This document shows positions 57,745 through 64,000 of a stretch of 64,000 bases of DNA, one piece after another. This stretch comes from Eledone cirrhosa (lineage: Eukaryota). The stretch spans positions 273,110,001 through 273,174,000 of the forward strand of contig OZ024742.1 in the NCBI GenBank assembly GCA_964016885.1. Reading direction: 5' to 3'. A program made the translations under genes and the position numbers. Under the pieces are notes generated by a model. It worked only from the letters and a program-made list of their open reading frames with translations, ran no database searches and was not told the origin of the DNA. Every line of letters starts with the position of its first letter. The stretch's first letter is position 1.

Positions 57745-57764
57745 CATATTAAAAAAGATGGTAT

Positions 57765-59325
57765 GTGCACAGACATTCAATGGAGAACCGTGCACTGGTA
57801 AGTTATACAACCAACGCCAATAAAATTTGGCAACTTAAGGACAAAAACCTTGATTACAATATCTGCTGTTCAAAAAATGCGGCCGCAAAGCCATATAGCA
57901 GCGGTATGTTCCACTGCGGACTCTGCAACGTTGAATTGCTGCATATCTTAAGGAACGATATAATACTACTCAACAGCAAAACAGAAACGTCAATTTTCTG
58001 CAGACATAGGATTGCTACAAAATTCGCGAGATTTAAACCACCGTGATTCGAACCAATATCATTTAGCATTTAACATATGAAATCCGCCTTCTCACACAGC
58101 CCACTACAGAACCATACGCTTCTATAAACACCTTCTAGCCGCCCTAATTCTACTCCACTGGGATGTAGCAGTTATGTCTACAACTATCTTATCAGCCCAT
58201 AGATCAATCCTACCTTTGCTGTTCTTCACTCCTTCGGACAAAACAATTATATCTCACATTAGCACTCATGATCTCTAACAGATGAACTTAATTCTAAGTA
58301 CATTTTCTTATTACTCCTACGGGGGATTGGCAGTATCGGTAGAGAGTCGGACACCAAGCTTTGAAGCATAGAGTTACGTCCCTTTATGATCTGAGTTCAA
58401 ATGCCGCCGAGGTTAACTTTGCCTTTCATCCTTACGGGGTCGATAAAATAAAGTACCAGTAATGTACTGGGTAATTGCTGGCCTTGTGCCTAAAATAGAA
58501 ACAATTCCCTTATTACTCCTACACTCCTTGTAATCTTACTTTCAATTTATTATTATTATGAACATCTCAATGTATCCCTAATATTATTCATCATGTTCTC
58601 TATATCTACCATGCATATTTTACTATTTTATTACATTAGTGTCGTTATTATTGTCTTATTTATACACGATTTGTTATTGATGCTGTGAAAACTAAACCGC
58701 CATGGTTCGAACTAACAATCCCTACCACTTAAATAACGAATCTACAACTCCGCTTAACACCACATACAAACTATCATTCTCACTAAATTGATACAACGAA
58801 AATGTTTATCTGTCAAACAATAAGTAAATCTTCGGTTTATTGCCAGCATACCTACAGCAAAGCATACCTCATAAATCCTGACTCCAAGTACATTTTAGTT
58901 GTTACTGTTATCTCTTCGCCACCTTAATACTATATCTAATGTACCCTATAGCAGTTTTCACATGTCAATTTCATACATCTCTATTATATCAGTTTGTTTA
59001 ACATGTTAGATTCATCATTATACTCTATTTCTTATTTATATTGATGTTATTATTTTAACTATTTACTATCTAGTTATTTTATGTTATTATTGATATTATT
59101 ATTCTGGTTTAATGCAACTCTTATATAAAAGCCATGTTTTGTGTATCTTCTTCACTTTCGAGTGCTCTGATGAAAACGACTGGTTATAAACAAAGTAGTG
59201 GAGATCGATTGACGCAAAATCAGGCGGGCAGAGAACTCTTGACCTACCAGATCAAAGAAACAATTGTCAGAAATGTGTATAAAGCCCTGATTGTATAGCG
59301 AACCATGTAACTCTTCTTTCTTGAA
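57765..59325 (+). mobile_element. PLE 3' relic: GIY-YIG C-terminus, UTR and decayed HHR at 59164-59270
   Basis: KIWQLKDKNLDYNI..KPYSSG..CGLC..LLNSKTE..CRHR. CUGAUGA..GAAACAAUUGUC, with a homologue at 17048-17147(-). Confidence 0.75.
58321..58508 (+). mobile_element. tRNA-derived SINE, copy 3
   Basis: Same family as copies 1 and 2. TSD CTTATTACTCCTAC at 58307 and 58509. Confidence 0.9.
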
Positions 59326-59336
59326 TTATATATATA

Positions 59337-59376
<40 letters not shown>

Positions 59377-60250
59377 CTAGCAGTGGTACCCGGCGTTGAA
59401 CGGAATAAGGTATTTTGGAACGCGGGCCGCCAACAGTCCTAATCGTAGAAAAACTGCAAGCCTTGACATTATGTAAAGAAAATAAACCGAATACACTGAT
59501 GGCTGGATAATCTTTAAGATTTTCCTCGATGAAACAGGAAAAATGCAGATTTTCACCTAATGCGGGCCCTAGGGGATCAAGAAAATGAATTTTTCCTATG
59601 TGCATAATATGCCTTGAAATTTCGGTAAATAGGCTAGACGTAACGCCTCAAAAAAGGCCTAAAAAGCTGAAAAAAGGAAGTTTTACACCTAATGCGGGCC
59701 CTTGGCCATAAAAAAATTGGATTTTCTTTGCTCAGAGTATGAAGAAGAGACTGTCTAATACATAGTTACAATTTCAAGGAAATCAGTCTACAGTAACGCC
59801 TAAAAAAAACCCAAACCTGAAAAAACCCGGTTTTTCACCAAATGCAGGCCCTAGGTTATCAAAAAGTTCAAACATAAGTAATATACATGTAAAGTTTGAA
59901 AAAGGTCGGTTGGGTACTTCTCGATTTTCGGGAAACAAACTCACAGACACACACACATACACACATACATCCTCAGGCAAATGACGTAATGCAGAAATCA
60001 GACATGCAGACAGATATTATAAGGGCGCGACGTTATATGTATATATCTATCTAAAAAGAGAAATACTAAGAATTATAGAGAGAGATCGGTAAATCGCCTA
60101 ATATGGTCCCTAGGGCATTGAATATTTGAATCTTTTTGCTCAGAACACTCCCTGAAGCATATGTATTACATGTGTAGCGTTTGAAAACAGTCTGTCGGCT
60201 GCTTCTCGAGTTTTAGGGATTCAAACTCACACACAGACAGGCATCGTCAG

Positions 60251-60255
<5 letters not shown>
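59377..60255 (-). mobile_element. Non-autonomous Helitron-like element
   Basis: The minus strand ends in an imperfect GC hairpin (CCGTTCAACGCCGG) followed by CTAG|T. Internal repeats TTTT(C/A)ACC(T/A)AATGC(G/A)GGCCCT at ~59550, 59681 and 59832. Flanked by (TA)n. Confidence 0.6.
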
Positions 60256-60299
<44 letters not shown>

Positions 60300-60690
60300 G
60301 AAATACGTGGCGAATAAAAATGGTTGTGTAGTTGCTATTTAAGGTAACTTAAAATGCAGTGGGAATACGAAGAAAGCAAGAACGGGGGGAGAGGGACTTT
60401 TTCTACTGGGGGTCTCGAATATTTCTACGCTTTAAAAACAAGATATCTCACCCCAGGGCGTAAATAACTGGATAAGTTTTTGGGAAAACGGAGGAAAAGA
60501 GAAAACGGAAGAAAAGAGAAAACAGTAAAAACAGCGAAAAAAACAACAAACCGAGCAATATGCGCGTAACTTAAGGTAAGGGAATCCAATACCACTCGAT
60601 AAGAGAATTTAAGTTCAAGAACGAGTGGTCGAAAGAAAAAAGACACACATCTGATCGCCGCAGTTGTAAGTGAGAAGAGAACTGCTAAAC

Positions 60691-60734
<44 letters not shown>

Positions 60735-61339
60735 GGTTTCCTCAGCGGGTATAGTCAAGGCAGACTGTCTGTGCATAAATTATCTTTAAAGTTCTCTTGT
60801 TTTTGTTTTCTTTCGGGGATTAATCAGTGATCGGGCGATATTTGATATTTATTCAAAATGCACGTCTTCGTAAAAATAGCAGTTTTATTTCTCCTTTATC
60901 CCGTCTTAAATTATCTAGAACTATTGCACTCATGCCAGCAAGGCATGGGGGAAAAACGCTAGACAGAATGAGAGAATGAACGTCGATGGTTTGTTTGCGC
61001 ATGGTGTGAAGAAATCCCTATTCAGTAACATCCGGTATGGATGTGTGGAATTGGTCGAACAATGCCCATTACGTAGTTAGGAGCTAAAGATCATAATGGA
61101 GGCGGTAATAACCAGTAAGACCATTAATCACGTGATTACTCGATACTTGGGCTAGTAGAGTGGGTAATATGAACAAATTCAGGCCCCACCCGCTGACCTC
61201 CGGCCATTTCAACAGCTAGATCCGAACTTAAGCATGGATGCGGCCGGCGGGAATCTAGCTGGTCACATCAGGGCGTATAATCCATGTGTGGTCAGACACT
61301 GTGCATAAACAATTTTGTGGTTTCAGTCTCACCCTAAAA

Positions 61340-62072
61340 ACAACCCTTACCTGTGACAACTTTTTGGATGTAACTCTAAATCTGTAGAATTATAATTCTA
61401 CATAGAATTATTTGTAGAATTATTTTCCACATAACGTAGTTGAATCCCCCATCCCCACCCCCACCCCACAATGCTGAGGTCGTAAATACCAATTGGGAAG
61501 ATCTTCCCCCGGCTTCTTAACAATCACTTCCTACCCCAACATCGCTACCGCATTATAAACAACAGATACACTGTTAAACTTTCTTACATCACTACACCCA
61601 ACTTTGCACAATAGATCCCTTCCGCTAACAACGTCAAACTCCTCTCTAACAGGAATAACAATGACATTAGTGGTGAGGACACTAGGAGGTGCAACTGTCC
61701 GGATAGATCATTGTTCCCCCTCAACAATAGATGCCGAGAACCAAACGTGGTCTAGCCATGCAATGCGAACACGGACCATTCCGACAAGGCCTACATCGGA
61801 TTAACTGGCTGCGAGTTGAAGACAGGGTTGTACCAGCACCTACATTATTTTACAAAACCGGTCCGGCAACTTGCGGCCATATTTGGGACCTCCGTGACAA
61901 CAACATTATCTATCATCTAAAATGGAGCCTACTTTCGAATGCCAAATCTCACTCACGTGGACGCCATCATTGGAATCTATGCTCGGAGGAAACGATCCTG
62001 ATGCTGTTTTCCAAGAATCAATTATTAAATAATAAGGATGAACTTGTTACCTTGTGTAAACATGTTATATAA
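61340..62072 (+). pseudogene. PLE RT-end and GIY-YIG relic related to 41039-41360
   Basis: NFLDVTLNL, NRYTVKLSY, CNCPDRSLFPLNNRC, YIGLT and GHIWDLRDNN..W..NLCSEE..LLNNKDELVTLCKH. Confidence 0.8.
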
Positions 62073-62592
62073 GACATATCTCACCTTGAAATCCACTCAC
62101 AATCCAGGTGGGTAGATCTTGGTTTTTAATATCGATTCCACTTACAGGCTCAGGTAGAGGTACCCCAGAGCACATAGATCCCTTTCCTAAAGTATCCCTA
62201 GGTAGACATAGAATATTTACGTTACTGTAAACAGATACATATTGTTTTGCGATATTATCCAACATATCCAACATTTACTCATGCGCAAATGTTTTGACGT
62301 GAATTGAAGCTCACAGGAAACGGGAATTCGCTTCATCAACATCGTGTTTGCCAGTTCCCTTGTTACTTCCGTTTAGGATTACCTCCTGAATGTAGCCTTA
62401 TTATATAAGAAACTATCTGATGAGACCATGGCACTGGGTACTCCGCAGAATCGCGTGGCCACTGTCGTCATCGAAATATGTATCACAGCCTTATCAGTAA
62501 AGTACATTAACATATAAATTACTTTATATTTCCTTCTTCTATACACACACACACATATATATATATAAATATATATATACATATATATATAA

Positions 62593-62645
<53 letters not shown>

Positions 62646-62648
<3 letters not shown>

Positions 62649-63788
62649 GAATAAAGTTTGTCCTTCATCAGTGGTCTTCCAACCATCATAGGCATTTCAT
62701 CGCTTTAAAGACCATATACCTCCGGTTGGTGCGAGCAACTGCTAAAAAAAGTCGTTGGGACACGTAAATAAAGGGGATGCGAGGGTAAACAAACAAAATG
62801 GTGAAGCAACAGAAAGTGAAGAAGAGAGAGACAAGTCCCAGATTTCTATGAATCTAAATTCGGTGAAATCGTGAACGAGAGAATAAAGACCATCAAACCT
62901 GGTTGAAATGTGAGCAAGGAAGGAATTTCGCACAGGTCTAACGGGAGGAAGAAGGGGGTCTGGTCTGCGAATTCGGTAAACATAAGTACTGTGAAATCGT
63001 AGACGAGAGAGAGAGAAAAAAAAAAAAAAAATTCATACCAGCTTGGCCAAGAGTGCGCGAGGAAAGAATTACACACAGGTAAAACGGGAAGAAAGGGGAG
63101 GAGGAGAGGTAGTGACAGAGAATGAGTGAGTGAAGGGTGAGGAAGAGGCTAACAGAGAGAGAGACTGCTAGAAAGGGTAAAGATACATAAAACGAAATAG
63201 ACGGGTAGCAGCAGATTTCGTTCTATGTATCTTTACCCTTTCTAGCAGTCTCTCTCTCTGTTAGCCTCTTCATCACCCTTCACTCTCTCATTCTCTGTCA
63301 CTACCTCTCCTCCTCCTCTTTCTTCCCGTTTGACCTGTGTGTAATTCTTTTCTCGCGCACTCTTGACCAAGTTGGTATGAATTTTTTTTTCTCTCTCTCT
63401 CTCGTCTACGATTTCACAGAACTTATGTTTACCGAATTTGCAGACCAGACCCCTTCTTCCTCCCGTTAGACCTGTGCGAAATTCCTTCCTTGCTCACATT
63501 TCAACCAGGTTTGATGGTCTTTATTCTCTCGTTCACGATTTCACCGAATTTAAATTAATAGAAATCTGGGACTTGTCTCTCTCTTCCTCACTTTCTGTTG
63601 CTTCACCATTTTGTTTGTTTACCCTCGCGTCCCCTTTATTTACGTGTCCCAACGACTTTTTTTAGCCGTTGCTCGCACCAACCGGAGGTATATGGTCTTT
63701 AAAGCGATGAAATGCCTATGATGGTTGGAAGACCACTGATGAAGGACAAACTTTATTCATATGTAACCCATTTGCAACTCCGCAGCGT

Positions 63789-63827
<39 letters not shown>

Positions 63828-64000
63828 TAAAGTTAGTCCTTCATCAGTGAATCTTCCAACCTTCATTAGAATATCATCGCTTTAAAGACCATATACCTCC
63901 GGTTGGTGCGCGCAACCGCTAAAGAAAGTCGTTGGGACACGTAAATAAGGGGAACGAGCGAAACTGTAAACAATCAAAGATGGTAATACAACGAAAAGTC
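62646..64000. repeat. ~550 bp-arm inverted repeat plus a third copy running off the window
   Basis: 62646-63198 is the reverse complement of 63215-63762, with a 16 bp loop. 63823-64000 is a diverged copy. Truncated HHR half CUGAUGA-AGGAC..GUCCU at 63736-63791. Confidence 0.88.

Noticed and set aside
60300-61140. Unassigned segments between TA tracts
   Set aside because: No recognisable ORF, repeat partner or complete RNA motif in this window.
62412-62490. CUGAUGA..GAAA pair
   Set aside because: No convincing stem I could be formed.

Overview
Repeat-saturated, AT-rich eukaryotic DNA with long (TA)n tracts and no recognisable host gene. A tRNA-derived Meta/MESC-type SINE suggests a cephalopod such as an octopus; this is inference. 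The window is a nest of decayed mobile elements: two L1/Tx1-like LINEs, Dong/R4-type pieces, Helitrons, a CR1-group LINE with an unusual ORF1, three SINEs with TSDs, and many Penelope-like elements (PLEs: RT plus C-terminal GIY-YIG) in tandem or inverted arrangements. The main hidden signal is non-coding. By eye there are about 30 type-I hammerhead ribozyme (HHR) motifs from at least a dozen sequence families. Several sit one per unit in ORF-less tandem repeats of about 320, 422, 597 and 659 bp, the architecture of retrozymes. Four families whose flanks show no evident similarity replace the canonical C3-G8 core pair (CUGANGA) with U3-A8 (UUGANAA), which a standard motif search would miss. Coordinates were read by eye, element boundaries are approximate, and no folding, alignment or database search was run.
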